Below, piece by piece: positions 9,705 to 18,587 of a DNA stretch of 64,000 nucleotides. The position numbers and the translations under genes are program-made. Below the pieces are notes generated by a model. That model saw only the letters and a list, made by a program, of their open reading frames with translations. It had not been told where the DNA came from and made no database searches. The stretch is taken from IMG/VR virus record IMGVR_UViG_3300035445_000118. One strand, written 5' to 3'. Numbering within the stretch: position 1 is the first letter of the stretch; each line of letters starts with the position of its first letter. Origin of the DNA: an uncultured virus (IMG/VR IMGVR_UViG_3300035445_000118). Its lineage: Duplodnaviria; Heunggongvirae; Uroviricota; Caudoviricetes.

Positions 9705-10202
9705 TTGTTCGCTGAATACGGTTACTGGTGCTCGGCCACCGACGGCGATCCGCGTGCAATGGCTTTATTAAAGCGCCATTACTCGTATCGCAAATACAAG
9801 GACGGCAGAGAACCTAAACTCTTTGTCGGGCCGGGCGAAAAGATGGTCCTCATGACCGTGACCTGCGATGCGCTGTTTATCTGGCGCAAATTCAAAGGGA
9901 TGGATGATCAGCAAGGGATCAATTGCTCAGTATTCCGCAATGAGAGTGGACTGATGGCCAGCGACCTGATACAGCAGGCGGTTAAACTGGCATGGCAGCG
10001 GTGGCCGAACCAGCGACTTTACACCTATGTCAATCCATCGAAGGTGCGCAGTGACAGGCCGGGGTATTGCTTCATTGAAGACGGGTGGACGTGGTGCGGG
10101 GAGACAAAGGGCGGGTTATTGATCTTCGAAAGGATCGACCCACTTCCCGCGCAGTTTTCAGCGCCGCCCGTACTGGGGGCGCGGTGTTTTCTGATAGCAT
10201 AG
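9705..10202 (+). CDS. Mom-like GNAT-fold DNA-modifying protein (putative)
   Basis: RHY near N-terminus; LYTYV...PGYCF..DGW..CGET resembles Mom-family acetyltransferases. Confidence 0.6.
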   Translation: MFAEYGYWCSATDGDPRAMALLKRHYSYRKYKDGREPKLFVGPGEKMVLMTVTCDALFIWRKFKGMDDQQGINCSVFRNESGLMASDLIQQAVKLAWQRWPNQRLYTYVNPSKVRSDRPGYCFIEDGWTWCGETKGGLLIFERIDPLPAQFSAPPVLGARCFLIA

Positions 10203-10329
10203 AGTTAGCCGCATCACGCACTTGCGGATTGGTGAACGCAGCATTAAGGTCTGTTGATTAGAATATGTACTAGAATCACCAAATTGATAAGCGATAAATC
10301 GCGAACGAGAACGAAAGATTGAGGGAGAA

Positions 10330-10611
10330 ATGGCAGAAGAACACCGACCAGATATTGACGATCTTGAGAATATCGGCATGGGTCCAACGTGCCCCACTTG
10401 CGGACATGAAACCTCTTGGTTGCGTTGCGCGCGGATCGGGTGCAATGACGGCATCATTGATGACCTCTACGAACTTGACCCCCTCTGGTATGATGAGGAT
10501 GATTGGGAGTGGTGCGAGGAATGCCAAGGTCATGGAGGTTGGCATTACTGCGACGAATGCAACCGTTATTTTGAGTGGAATGAATGGCAGGATGAAAATG
10601 AAACCGTGTAA
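10330..10611 (+). CDS. Cys-rich acidic zinc-finger protein
   Basis: CPTC, CxxxxC, CEECQG, CDEC. Confidence 0.55.
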   Translation: MAEEHRPDIDDLENIGMGPTCPTCGHETSWLRCARIGCNDGIIDDLYELDPLWYDEDDWEWCEECQGHGGWHYCDECNRYFEWNEWQDENETV

Positions 10612-10879
10612 ATGTGTTTGCCACACCCATCCCGGCGCTTATCCAACCTCAATAGGGCGTCCATGCTACGCGTGCGGTCATGTACACGAGCAGGGCCGGA
10701 TGATAGGATCAATCAATGACGGTTGGGTTGGGCGGGTTATCTGGCGCTGCCCTGATTGTGGCGAGGAATATATCGAGGGCGAGCCGCCGGAGGAGGGTCG
10801 TGTTTATGGGCAATCCTTTGTTTTCTGCTCAAAATGCGGACGGCGGGAATATGAGCCGATTCGATGGCTTGATGAATAG
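10592..10879 (+). CDS. zinc-ribbon protein
   Basis: CYAC, CPDC, CSKC. Confidence 0.5.
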   Translation: MKMKPCKCVCHTHPGAYPTSIGRPCYACGHVHEQGRMIGSINDGWVGRVIWRCPDCGEEYIEGEPPEEGRVYGQSFVFCSKCGRREYEPIRWLDE

Positions 10880-10928
10880 ATAGCCCACGATAAGATCAAA
10901 GTATCGGGGACAATGGAAATGGGGTTTT

Positions 10929-11963
10929 ATGATCTTCGAATCGCTCTACCAGTCCAGTGAACGCCGCGAGTTGATGCTCGTCGATGGCGGCTACTGCCGT
11001 TGGCATCTTCGCAACGATGGCCAACTGACGATCTACGAATTGATTAGCCAGCGGCGCGGGGCAGGATCGCAGATGTTACGCCGCCTGACCTGGACGCCGG
11101 GTGCAACCAGCATCTTCGCCAAGTGCCCCGAAGACCTGGAGGCGAATAGCTGGTACTTCCGGCGCGGCTTCCATCTGGACAGCATCGAATACACCGACAA
11201 CGGACGGCGGCTGTTGTGCTGGCGGTTGCCTTTGCGTCGCATGTGGCAACCGAATGTCGGGAAGCGCGAATTGATCTACTGCGCCGCGCGGTCTACTCGC
11301 TACGCTGAGATCGCCTGTGATGCGGGCTGGTTGTTGGGCGCACGCTTGCCGAGCACCGTCTATCACCGCCCCTACATGGTAGATCAGGAGTACAAGAATC
11401 CAAACCGCGCTGAGTTTATGGCCGCGCTGGCGGAGTATCGTCCCTGGCTGGCGACCGTGCTCGACTGGGAACGCGAGGAGCAACTGCCGGAAGTGCTCGA
11501 CTGGGCCAATGAAGCGTCACAGTATGCCCAGGTGGTAATCATCATCCCCAAAGTCAATGGCGGGATCGCGCGCTTGCCCCGGTCGATAGGTGGAAAGCCC
11601 GTGCGACTGGGATACAGTGTGCCCACTACTTACGGCGGCACGAAAGTACCCATCGCGGAGTTTCGCGGGTGGCCGGTGCATTTACTGGGTGGAGATCCGG
11701 GTCGGCAGTTGTCATTATCGGCGGTGCTTCAAGTGTGGAGCGCGGATGGCAACTACCTGCACCACCTGAGCGAAGTAGGGGAATATTGGACGCCGAGTGG
11801 ACGCGGGATCATCCCGAATGAGGGATGGTCGGAGCCGGAAATCAACTATGAGGCGCATCGGCGATCCTGCAATGCGATCATGGCGGCATGGCGCGCCTTG
11901 GATCGACCGGGGTTTGTGACGGCGTTATTGAGTGATCTGCCGATGTTCGCCGCCAGCGCCTAG
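10929..11963 (+). CDS. GNAT acetyltransferase fused to DUF6610/TGT-like TIM barrel
   Basis: N-terminal RRGAGSQML..AKCP..ANSWY.RRGF (GNAT); C-terminal VHLLGG and SADGN, TGT/DpdA-like. Confidence 0.65.
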   Translation: MIFESLYQSSERRELMLVDGGYCRWHLRNDGQLTIYELISQRRGAGSQMLRRLTWTPGATSIFAKCPEDLEANSWYFRRGFHLDSIEYTDNGRRLLCWRLPLRRMWQPNVGKRELIYCAARSTRYAEIACDAGWLLGARLPSTVYHRPYMVDQEYKNPNRAEFMAALAEYRPWLATVLDWEREEQLPEVLDWANEASQYAQVVIIIPKVNGGIARLPRSIGGKPVRLGYSVPTTYGGTKVPIAEFRGWPVHLLGGDPGRQLSLSAVLQVWSADGNYLHHLSEVGEYWTPSGRGIIPNEGWSEPEINYEAHRRSCNAIMAAWRALDRPGFVTALLSDLPMFAASA

Positions 11964-12027
11964 TGACGGGGCAGAGACTAATCGAGGGGTAGCCCGCCGC
12001 AGCGGCGGCAGAGGGAAGGAATGAGAA

Positions 12028-12432
12028 ATGAGTTTTTACGACCAGTTAAAAGCCATGCGCAAAGAGTTATCTGAGAAGTTCCCCGATCCGCGTCCGTATG
12101 GAAATAAGACGTGGCTAGTCTGCAATGAGGCGGCATTTTGCGATCTACAATCAGCCACCCGCGAACAATCCGCGCCGTTCGCCCCATTGATGCGCACCCC
12201 TCCCGGCGTGCTCGGCGGGATGCGCGTATGGCGCACCGCTTATGTCTATCTGGACGGCAAAGAGACGGCGCTGGGTCGCGATGACATCCTGTTGGTACAT
12301 GAGGATAAAATGGCAGAGGTTATCGGCCCCAGGTTCTACGAGTCGTTACGTCAGGCGATCGATGAAATGGCGCTCAAGGGCGACGATAAGTCAGACGGCG
12401 AGTCCGCCACGCGGCGGAGCGGAGAGGAGTAG
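12028..12432 (+). CDS. hypothetical protein
   Basis: 134-aa ORF with purine-rich RBS. Confidence 0.5.
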   Translation: MSFYDQLKAMRKELSEKFPDPRPYGNKTWLVCNEAAFCDLQSATREQSAPFAPLMRTPPGVLGGMRVWRTAYVYLDGKETALGRDDILLVHEDKMAEVIGPRFYESLRQAIDEMALKGDDKSDGESATRRSGEE

Positions 12433-12437
12433 AGGAG

Positions 12438-12671
12438 ATGGAAGACATTCTAGGAGTCGCATTTATGGTGTTCGCGCCACTTCTTGCGGGTATAATCACG
12501 TGGCTCATACTTGGATGGCGGAGAAAGATGGATATAGCCGCAGATGATGATCTATTCGAGCCAGGCGAGTCTGTGATTGATCCAGAATCATGCCCGCAAT
12601 GTCACGGAACCGGGATATGGATCGGAACGACTTGCCCAAAGTGCGATGGCAATGGAGACTTGTTGGTCTAA
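12438..12671 (+). CDS. membrane-anchored CxxCxGxG zinc-finger protein
   Basis: N-terminal TM helix; CPQCHGTG and CPKCDGNG. Confidence 0.55.
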   Translation: MEDILGVAFMVFAPLLAGIITWLILGWRRKMDIAADDDLFEPGESVIDPESCPQCHGTGIWIGTTCPKCDGNGDLLV

Positions 12672-13951
12672 AAGCACGGGCTGACATCCAGCCAGCCGCC
12701 GATAGGCGAGGTATTAAAATAATTCACTCCTAGCACCTGGGGATCGGCGTTGAATACCTTCGAGGCTTGCGACCAATCTGCCCACAGCGCAGTACAATCA
12801 GTGGGCGGATTGCCTGTGTTATAGGCATACTCGCTGAACACAATCGGGACTTGGAGATACTTGTCGCCCAGCGCATCCATAAAGAGGCGGTAACGCCCCC
12901 ACTTCCAATCCCCGGACTGAACGCCCTCATAACTGTGCATGGCGATACTGTGTACCCGCCCGGACGCGCAGGGATGCGCCAGCGCGTAATCGAGGATAGG
13001 CGCGCGCGATTGAAATTCGAGGATTGACGGCGTGCCATAGGAGTCCGAAAACAGCAAAATACAGACGCCTGCTAGGTTGGCGTTTTCCATCATGCGAATC
13101 CAGAACGCCCGCTCCCACGCACTGCCCCCAAACCCGCACTCATTGACTCCCTCTGTAAAATCTGCCACGCCGATCATGCCCGCCGCGCGCCACTGGTTGT
13201 ATTTCGTGTTCCACCACGCATCGGCGACCGCCGTACCGTTACCGTTGCCCCATCCTGTGGGGCAGTCGGGCGTGGTAACACGATACAAGATCAGCAAATC
13301 GGGGCGCTGTTGTTTGGCCCCGATGCAAATACCTTCTGTGCCCGTCGTGCATTTCAGCAGCCCGATCCGGGGTAGCGCAGCATAAACAACACCGGCGTTA
13401 GCTCCCACGGTCAGGTGCAGGCCCAGCTTCGAGGTCACCGGCTTGGCGGGGAAGCTGCACACCGCGCCGGTGTTCAGTTGGACGTAGGTCGAGAGCACCC
13501 AGACCGTCTTGCCGTTGGCGGTCGCCTTATACCAGAGCTCCCAGGTGCCTGCCTGGTTGTACCACTGTCCCCCAGAGATGCCTACCGCCGTCCCCTTGGT
13601 GAACTGCGCAGTGACCGCACCCCGTGGGGCGTCGCGACCATTCAAGGTATCGGCGGTCGTCAGCCCTCCGCAGAGAGGCAGCGGCGTGCTGGTCGGCGTC
13701 GGGCTGGGCATGGGCGTCGGGGTGCTGCTGGGGGCAGGCGTGAATTCGTCGGGCGTCGGCGTGCCTTCCGGCAGGGGCGCGTAGTCCCAGGTGCCGTCGG
13801 TGTAGATGTTGATATACAGGACTTTCTCTGACTCTGGCACCGGTGCGGGTGGGGGCACAGGCGTAGGTTCGTCCTGCCCATTGGAAAGCAGGACCGGGCC
13901 AGAGAGCCATAAGGCGACGAAGATCAGGGCGAGAGGCAGCAGGCGTTTCAT
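12668..13951 (-). CDS. secreted glycoside-hydrolase-like protein (signal peptide, PT-rich linker, SH3b-like, GH-A-like barrel); lysis-enzyme candidate
   Basis: MKRLL signal peptide; TPTP repeats; LNGRDAP..WYK..WV SH3b pattern; LGLH, VNEC, MHSY and FSEY catalytic pattern. Confidence 0.65.
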   Translation of the reverse strand: MKRLLPLALIFVALWLSGPVLLSNGQDEPTPVPPPAPVPESEKVLYINIYTDGTWDYAPLPEGTPTPDEFTPAPSSTPTPMPSPTPTSTPLPLCGGLTTADTLNGRDAPRGAVTAQFTKGTAVGISGGQWYNQAGTWELWYKATANGKTVWVLSTYVQLNTGAVCSFPAKPVTSKLGLHLTVGANAGVVYAALPRIGLLKCTTGTEGICIGAKQQRPDLLILYRVTTPDCPTGWGNGNGTAVADAWWNTKYNQWRAAGMIGVADFTEGVNECGFGGSAWERAFWIRMMENANLAGVCILLFSDSYGTPSILEFQSRAPILDYALAHPCASGRVHSIAMHSYEGVQSGDWKWGRYRLFMDALGDKYLQVPIVFSEYAYNTGNPPTDCTALWADWSQASKVFNADPQVLGVNYFNTSPIGGWLDVSPCF

Positions 13952-14024
13952 CGTCGTCGCTTCCCCCAGGCCCGGCGCATGGCCTGCCAGGCCGCGAACA
14001 TCTGGCGTCTGTACGGGCGTGCGG

Positions 14025-14252
14025 TCATTGGTCGGAGTCCAGCCTCACGATACCAACGCGACCTTTGCCGCCACAGGTGGGGCAAGGCGTAGCATCGCGA
14101 TGGGATGTCGTTATCTCATGATCACCGTTGGGCAGCACACGCATGGAATACGAACTGCTGCCATCACCTAGATTGCCTGTACCGTGACAATGGGGACAGG
14201 CTATCCCTTGTTGGCGAGGAACAATCGTTGTGATGGTGATTGTTTGGGTCAT
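14025..14252 (-). CDS. DnaJ-type CxxCxGxG zinc-finger protein
   Basis: CPHCHGTG, CPTCGGKG. Confidence 0.55.
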   Translation of the reverse strand: MTQTITITTIVPRQQGIACPHCHGTGNLGDGSSSYSMRVLPNGDHEITTSHRDATPCPTCGGKGRVGIVRLDSDQ

Positions 14253-14557
14253 TTGGCGGACTCCCCCACGTTGACCTCTTGCGCAGGCTTCTGAACCAGC
14301 GCTTCAAGTTTGCCGATCAGCGCCTCAATCTGCGCGATGCTTTCCGGCGATACACTCAGCGCCGCGCTTAGCGTCGCCTGCTCGGCGGGTTCATCGATCT
14401 GGCGGCGAATCGCATCCAGCAACGACCAGACCGCCGATGCGACTCCTGCGCCCGCGCGCAAGGCGACGATCAGGGCGAGGGCGGGCGGGATGATGATCAA
14501 CGAGGCCGACAGGACGTACCACAACACATCTTGGCTAAAATGGGATGGTTCGATCAT
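14249..14557 (-). CDS. membrane protein (lysis module)
   Basis: N-terminal hydrophobic helix. Confidence 0.55.
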   Translation of the reverse strand: MIEPSHFSQDVLWYVLSASLIIIPPALALIVALRAGAGVASAVWSLLDAIRRQIDEPAEQATLSAALSVSPESIAQIEALIGKLEALVQKPAQEVNVGESAK

Positions 14558-15096
14558 ACTTTCGGCTCCTCCACGACCGGCGCGGGTGCTTCTCCCGGCT
14601 CCGGCGCGACATCCGTGGTTTTCTCATTGAGACGCTGGCCTTGCAACTCAAACACGCGCTCGTAGGCGGTCATTTTGAGCGACAGGGTTTTGTTCGCCTC
14701 GAACAGTTGGGCGTTCTGGGTTTCTAGGTCGCTGATCTTCGTGCGTTCGGTGACCAGATCGCCGTTCGCCTTTTCCCAGGCTTGAGATTTCTCCTCAAAC
14801 TTGCCTTTGAGTTCGTCATGATCTTTTTTCAGCAGATCATGAGCCTCTTGGAGCAGGTTGTATTGTCCCTCAATATGGGTGAGGCGAGAAACGTCTTTTT
14901 TCAGATCGTCAATCAGCACTTGTTGATCGGCGATCCGTTCCTCCAACCGGGCCTGATTCGTGGCCGACACATGCGCCAACGTTTGGGATCGTTCGGATTG
15001 AATGCGAGCATTCTTGCGCTGGGTGAACGACAGGCTGATCACCGTAAACAGGATCGCCCCAATGAAGGTGCCCCCTTGCACGATCAGATTATCCAT
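14554..15096 (-). CDS. TM-anchored coiled-coil protein (lysis module)
   Basis: One TM helix followed by a long coiled coil. Confidence 0.65.
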   Translation of the reverse strand: MDNLIVQGGTFIGAILFTVISLSFTQRKNARIQSERSQTLAHVSATNQARLEERIADQQVLIDDLKKDVSRLTHIEGQYNLLQEAHDLLKKDHDELKGKFEEKSQAWEKANGDLVTERTKISDLETQNAQLFEANKTLSLKMTAYERVFELQGQRLNEKTTDVAPEPGEAPAPVVEEPKV

Positions 15097-15469
15097 CGAT
15101 GCACCGCCGCTGATACCCGTAGAGCAGGTAGAGCGATACCAGGCCCCACAGACTGATCAATCCGGCGCTGGGTTGCAATGTGCCATCGATGGCCAGCAAA
15201 ATCACCAAAATCAGATAGAAAAAGAAGGGAGCGGTCGCCAGCACGAAAAGGTAATCGTCATAGGGAAAGGCCCACAACATTATCCCTGCGCCCAGGAAAC
15301 AGCCCGCCAGAAGTTCAATCGGGAGGCCGGTCAGGTCTTCAAAGCGTTGATTGATGGGCGTCTGATGGATCAACAGCAGAAAGGATAGCGCGATCTGAAA
15401 CATCCCGCCAAGCACACTGGTGATATAGGACAGGGTGTCCTGTTGTCGCATCGTTTTCCATAATCGCAT
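15089..15469 (-). CDS. multi-pass membrane protein, holin candidate
   Basis: About 4 hydrophobic helices in 126 aa; position after tail genes. Confidence 0.55.
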   Translation of the reverse strand: MRLWKTMRQQDTLSYITSVLGGMFQIALSFLLLIHQTPINQRFEDLTGLPIELLAGCFLGAGIMLWAFPYDDYLFVLATAPFFFYLILVILLAIDGTLQPSAGLISLWGLVSLYLLYGYQRRCIDG

Positions 15470-15574
15470 GATCCACTCTCAGTCGAGCCGGTTGGCGGTA
15501 TAATGAGATCGGCGCTCTAGCGGTCGGCTCATGACCGGTGGGGCGCTTTATCCCCGTGCCTTCCACCTACAACA

Positions 15575-15603
15575 ATCATAGCTTAATTCTGCGTTGATCG
15601 CAA
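15575..15603 (-). promoter_or_regulatory. sigma70-type promoter for the lysis module
   Basis: TTGCGA-N17-TATGAT on the - strand. Confidence 0.55.
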
Positions 15604-15667
15604 GGCTTACCGTTCACACGAGACCGCCCCGTCTGCGCGGTTCGGCCTATCGGGCCGCGCGGAGGGG

Positions 15668-15871
15668 TTATACCTTTTTCTTTTCCGCCTTCCGACAGAT
15701 TTCGATCAGCACGCGCGCCAGATCGCCTCGCTTCACGTCCTGTTTGACTTCTTTATCAAGCACGTCTTGCTGAATCCCCAGTGCCTTGAGCGCATCCTTG
15801 AGGCTGACGACTTCGCCCGCCTTCACGGTGGCATCGGGTTTGACTTCAGTTACAATCGGCGTAGGCATCAT
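15668..15871 (-). CDS. hypothetical protein
   Basis: GAGGTGG RBS; overlaps the upstream stop. Confidence 0.5.
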   Translation of the reverse strand: MMPTPIVTEVKPDATVKAGEVVSLKDALKALGIQQDVLDKEVKQDVKRGDLARVLIEICRKAEKKKV

Positions 15872-16110
15872 TCCACCTCGTAAGAGAGAACTACCGCGTT
15901 TGGATCGGCCAGCACAAGGGTCATGTCGTCGCCGGGAATATGATCTCCCTGCACGACTAGGACATTCGGATCGCAGGGCAGGTTTATATCGGGCTGACCT
16001 GTAATATCGGACCATACGCCCACTGGATGATCCACCGCGACCCGCATTTCTCGTAAGCCCGGTGTTTCCCGCCAGGAGGTAACCACTACGCAGCGATAAG
16101 TTGTCGCCAT
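15868..16110 (-). CDS. hypothetical protein
   Basis: GAGGG RBS; operonic. Confidence 0.55.
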   Translation of the reverse strand: MATTYRCVVVTSWRETPGLREMRVAVDHPVGVWSDITGQPDINLPCDPNVLVVQGDHIPGDDMTLVLADPNAVVLSYEVE

Positions 16111-16111
16111 G

Positions 16112-16588
16112 TCATTCCCTCGGTATTGGATGGACGGCAGGATTGATCAGGTGGCTGATGGCATCTACGATGTCAGCGCGGGGCATATCGGATCGCAGAC
16201 CCAACTCTTGCACATCAGTATAGAGATGCGGAAACCAGTAGGATAGATAGGCGTTCAGATCATCGAGCCAGCGGTCATTGGGCGGGGCGGTGAAATCGCA
16301 CACCGTCACCGCGCCCCCTTTCGTCCGCGTGCAGAAGCAGAACAAATCGCTGGACGCGGGCGGGAGTTGCGGCGCGCATCCGGCCAGCATGGTTGCGTAA
16401 TCGTTCGATTTGGGATAGATCACCGACCAGATGACCGGGTCGCCCACTTCTGGGGTGGGTTTATCTTCGCTGGCATGGTCGCTGTAATCCACGCCTGATT
16501 CCAGCGAAACTTCGATCTCGACCGATTTCTTCATCACGCCGCCTACATCGATCCACCGGCAGATCCCATAGAAATATGAACTAGCCAT
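16112..16588 (-). CDS. hypothetical protein
   Basis: AGGAGG RBS before ATG at 16588. Confidence 0.6.
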   Translation of the reverse strand: MASSYFYGICRWIDVGGVMKKSVEIEVSLESGVDYSDHASEDKPTPEVGDPVIWSVIYPKSNDYATMLAGCAPQLPPASSDLFCFCTRTKGGAVTVCDFTAPPNDRWLDDLNAYLSYWFPHLYTDVQELGLRSDMPRADIVDAISHLINPAVHPIPRE

Positions 16589-16610
16589 TGTTGGTTTCCT
16601 CCTGATTACT

Positions 16611-17792
16611 CTAAGCCGCCGGAGCATAGACCAAATTTCCCGGCGTAACGTCGCTGGTCCAGATCGCGTTGACTCCCGTGGCGGTCTGATAGGTCGAATT
16701 GGTAATCGTCGTGCCTCGCTGTGTCCAGTTCGCGCCGCCGTCGGCAGTGGTCCACAAGGAGAGTTGATCGCCGTTCATGTTGACCCGTACTCCATTCGTC
16801 GCCCCAATGTTGGTCGCGGCGATCCGACTCGTTTTGGTGAATGTGGCCACGCTGTACAGGTTGATGTTCCACTGCGAGCCGTTGTAAACCAACTCAACTT
16901 TCCAAAAATTTCCAGTCGCAAAATCGCTGATGCGCGCATAGAGCCACGTCTGTGATCCGTCCGCCGGTGTGGCAGGTAAACTATAGAACTGGTCCAGACG
17001 CATATTGGCACCGGGCGCGATAAGCTGCGTATTTATCGTTAACAATTTGGAAGAGGTGCTGTTGACTGTTACATCCGGCGCTCCAATCGCACGCAAATTC
17101 CACACCGCCCAGGTCGCACGTCCCAAAATGCGGTACGTACCAATAGCGGTAAGGGTGGGAAATATGTCTCCCATTTCCAGGCGGATACTGCCTCCCACGA
17201 AATTTGAGACTTCAATGAGCGACTCATAATAACTGCCAATGGAGAGGATCGTCTGAAACATCGAAGGCTGATTGGTTACAGCAGATGAGTAATAATTCGC
17301 TGCGCCCCCGACCGTCTTGGTATCCGCGTGGCCCTGGTTGGGATCGCGCTCTGTAAGCTGCGGATCGCTGCCGGATTCCCCTCCCACGGACCAACTGGAC
17401 GGATTATCCCCACTCCACGTAGATAGAGCATTGTTTTGCAGCAGTTCGTTCCCCAAACTTTGCGCGGGCGCTTCCGCTGTCAATCCTGTGCTGTTGCTGT
17501 AGACCGTCAGCGCTGTGATGCCATTCGGGGTTTCAGCCAGCCGGAGCGCCAACCCGAAATCCGCATCCACTGGCGCACGATTCGCGGTCGTGGCTCCGCC
17601 GATGTCGACCCATGCGCCTCCCGTGTAGCGCTGCCACTGGTAGGTCAGCGTAGGGTTGCCCATCCAGACGCCGGGCGTAGGGGTGATGGTCGTGCCTATT
17701 GTGGCGGTGGCTGAGATGATAGGAGCGGTAGTATTATGAGGCCCCCCGCCCCCCAACCCTGGCGCGCCGAGAACGGCCAGTCCGATGCCCAT
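16611..17792 (-). CDS. tail fibre/receptor-binding-like protein
   Basis: Ig-like GTTITPTPGVW..YQWQR repeat unit, GNELLQN carbohydrate-binding-module start, S/T/G-rich beta protein in the tail module. Confidence 0.65.
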   Translation of the reverse strand: MGIGLAVLGAPGLGGGGPHNTTAPIISATATIGTTITPTPGVWMGNPTLTYQWQRYTGGAWVDIGGATTANRAPVDADFGLALRLAETPNGITALTVYSNSTGLTAEAPAQSLGNELLQNNALSTWSGDNPSSWSVGGESGSDPQLTERDPNQGHADTKTVGGAANYYSSAVTNQPSMFQTILSIGSYYESLIEVSNFVGGSIRLEMGDIFPTLTAIGTYRILGRATWAVWNLRAIGAPDVTVNSTSSKLLTINTQLIAPGANMRLDQFYSLPATPADGSQTWLYARISDFATGNFWKVELVYNGSQWNINLYSVATFTKTSRIAATNIGATNGVRVNMNGDQLSLWTTADGGANWTQRGTTITNSTYQTATGVNAIWTSDVTPGNLVYAPAA

Positions 17793-17793
17793 G

Positions 17794-18291
17794 TTAGAAC
17801 TCCCTCGTCGCGATGACGATACGCCGCTGAGCACCATCTGCGCCTTCACAGGCAATCAGGACGAGCTGCTCCGCGCCAGGAAGGACGGGTCGCACTTGCA
17901 GGATCGCCGCATCAGACGGATCGGTGACATAGGAGGCCGTCACGCGGAACCAGGCACTTCTATGCGGGTCCGACACCACGATCCGTGCCCCGATCTGGAC
18001 TTCCGACAGCCGGTAGAATGCGCCGGGTCGTTGTTCCTGGAGCGCCAGATGCCCGACGAGGATGATAGGGCTATAGCCTGAGTTCAGCCACCCTGTGCCC
18101 CCATAATGCGCCACATGCGTGCCCAAGATGCTCAAATCCAGCACCCCATTCGCTTCCATACGTTCGTAGATCGGCTCGGTCATCTGGAGAGACGGGATGA
18201 GCAGCAGGCCCATCGGGGGAGGGGCACTGGAAGCAGGAGCCACGCTTCCCAGGAACCACAGCAGTAAAATCAGGAACCATCCACGTTTCAT
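17794..18291 (-). CDS. sortase-family transpeptidase (class F/D-like)
   Basis: Signal peptide; LLIPSL, ILVGH (His), F.RL, LVLIAC (Cys), RRIV (Arg) catalytic triad. Confidence 0.8.
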   Translation of the reverse strand: MKRGWFLILLLWFLGSVAPASSAPPPMGLLLIPSLQMTEPIYERMEANGVLDLSILGTHVAHYGGTGWLNSGYSPIILVGHLALQEQRPGAFYRLSEVQIGARIVVSDPHRSAWFRVTASYVTDPSDAAILQVRPVLPGAEQLVLIACEGADGAQRRIVIATREF

Positions 18292-18587
18292 CAGCCGGTA
18301 AACCTCGCGGAAATAATGACCAACCGTCCATCGGCATCCTGGTCCAGCCAGACGGGGAGATCCCCTGTTTCGGCAATGCCCGCCCGGTTGAGGGCTTTGG
18401 TCAGCGTAATCGGGCTGCCACTCTGGATAATCCGTACATAAGTATACCCCCGTCCCCCCGGTACCGTAAAGGTGAAAGACGCCCCTCCATCATCGCGCCC
18501 CATGACGGCGGGAATATAGTTCATGAACTTGGCCTGAGCCAGTTTACTTCGAATCAGATGGCGCACTTCGTTTCGTGTAATCATCAT
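18291..18587 (-). CDS. hypothetical tail-module protein
   Basis: Coupled to flanking genes. Confidence 0.55.
   Translation of the reverse strand: MMITRNEVRHLIRSKLAQAKFMNYIPAVMGRDDGGASFTFTVPGGRGYTYVRIIQSGSPITLTKALNRAGIAETGDLPVWLDQDADGRLVIISARFTG

Noticed and set aside
13680..13870. Repetitive GGCGTCGG-type sequence
   Set aside because: Explained by the Pro/Thr linker of the secreted hydrolase
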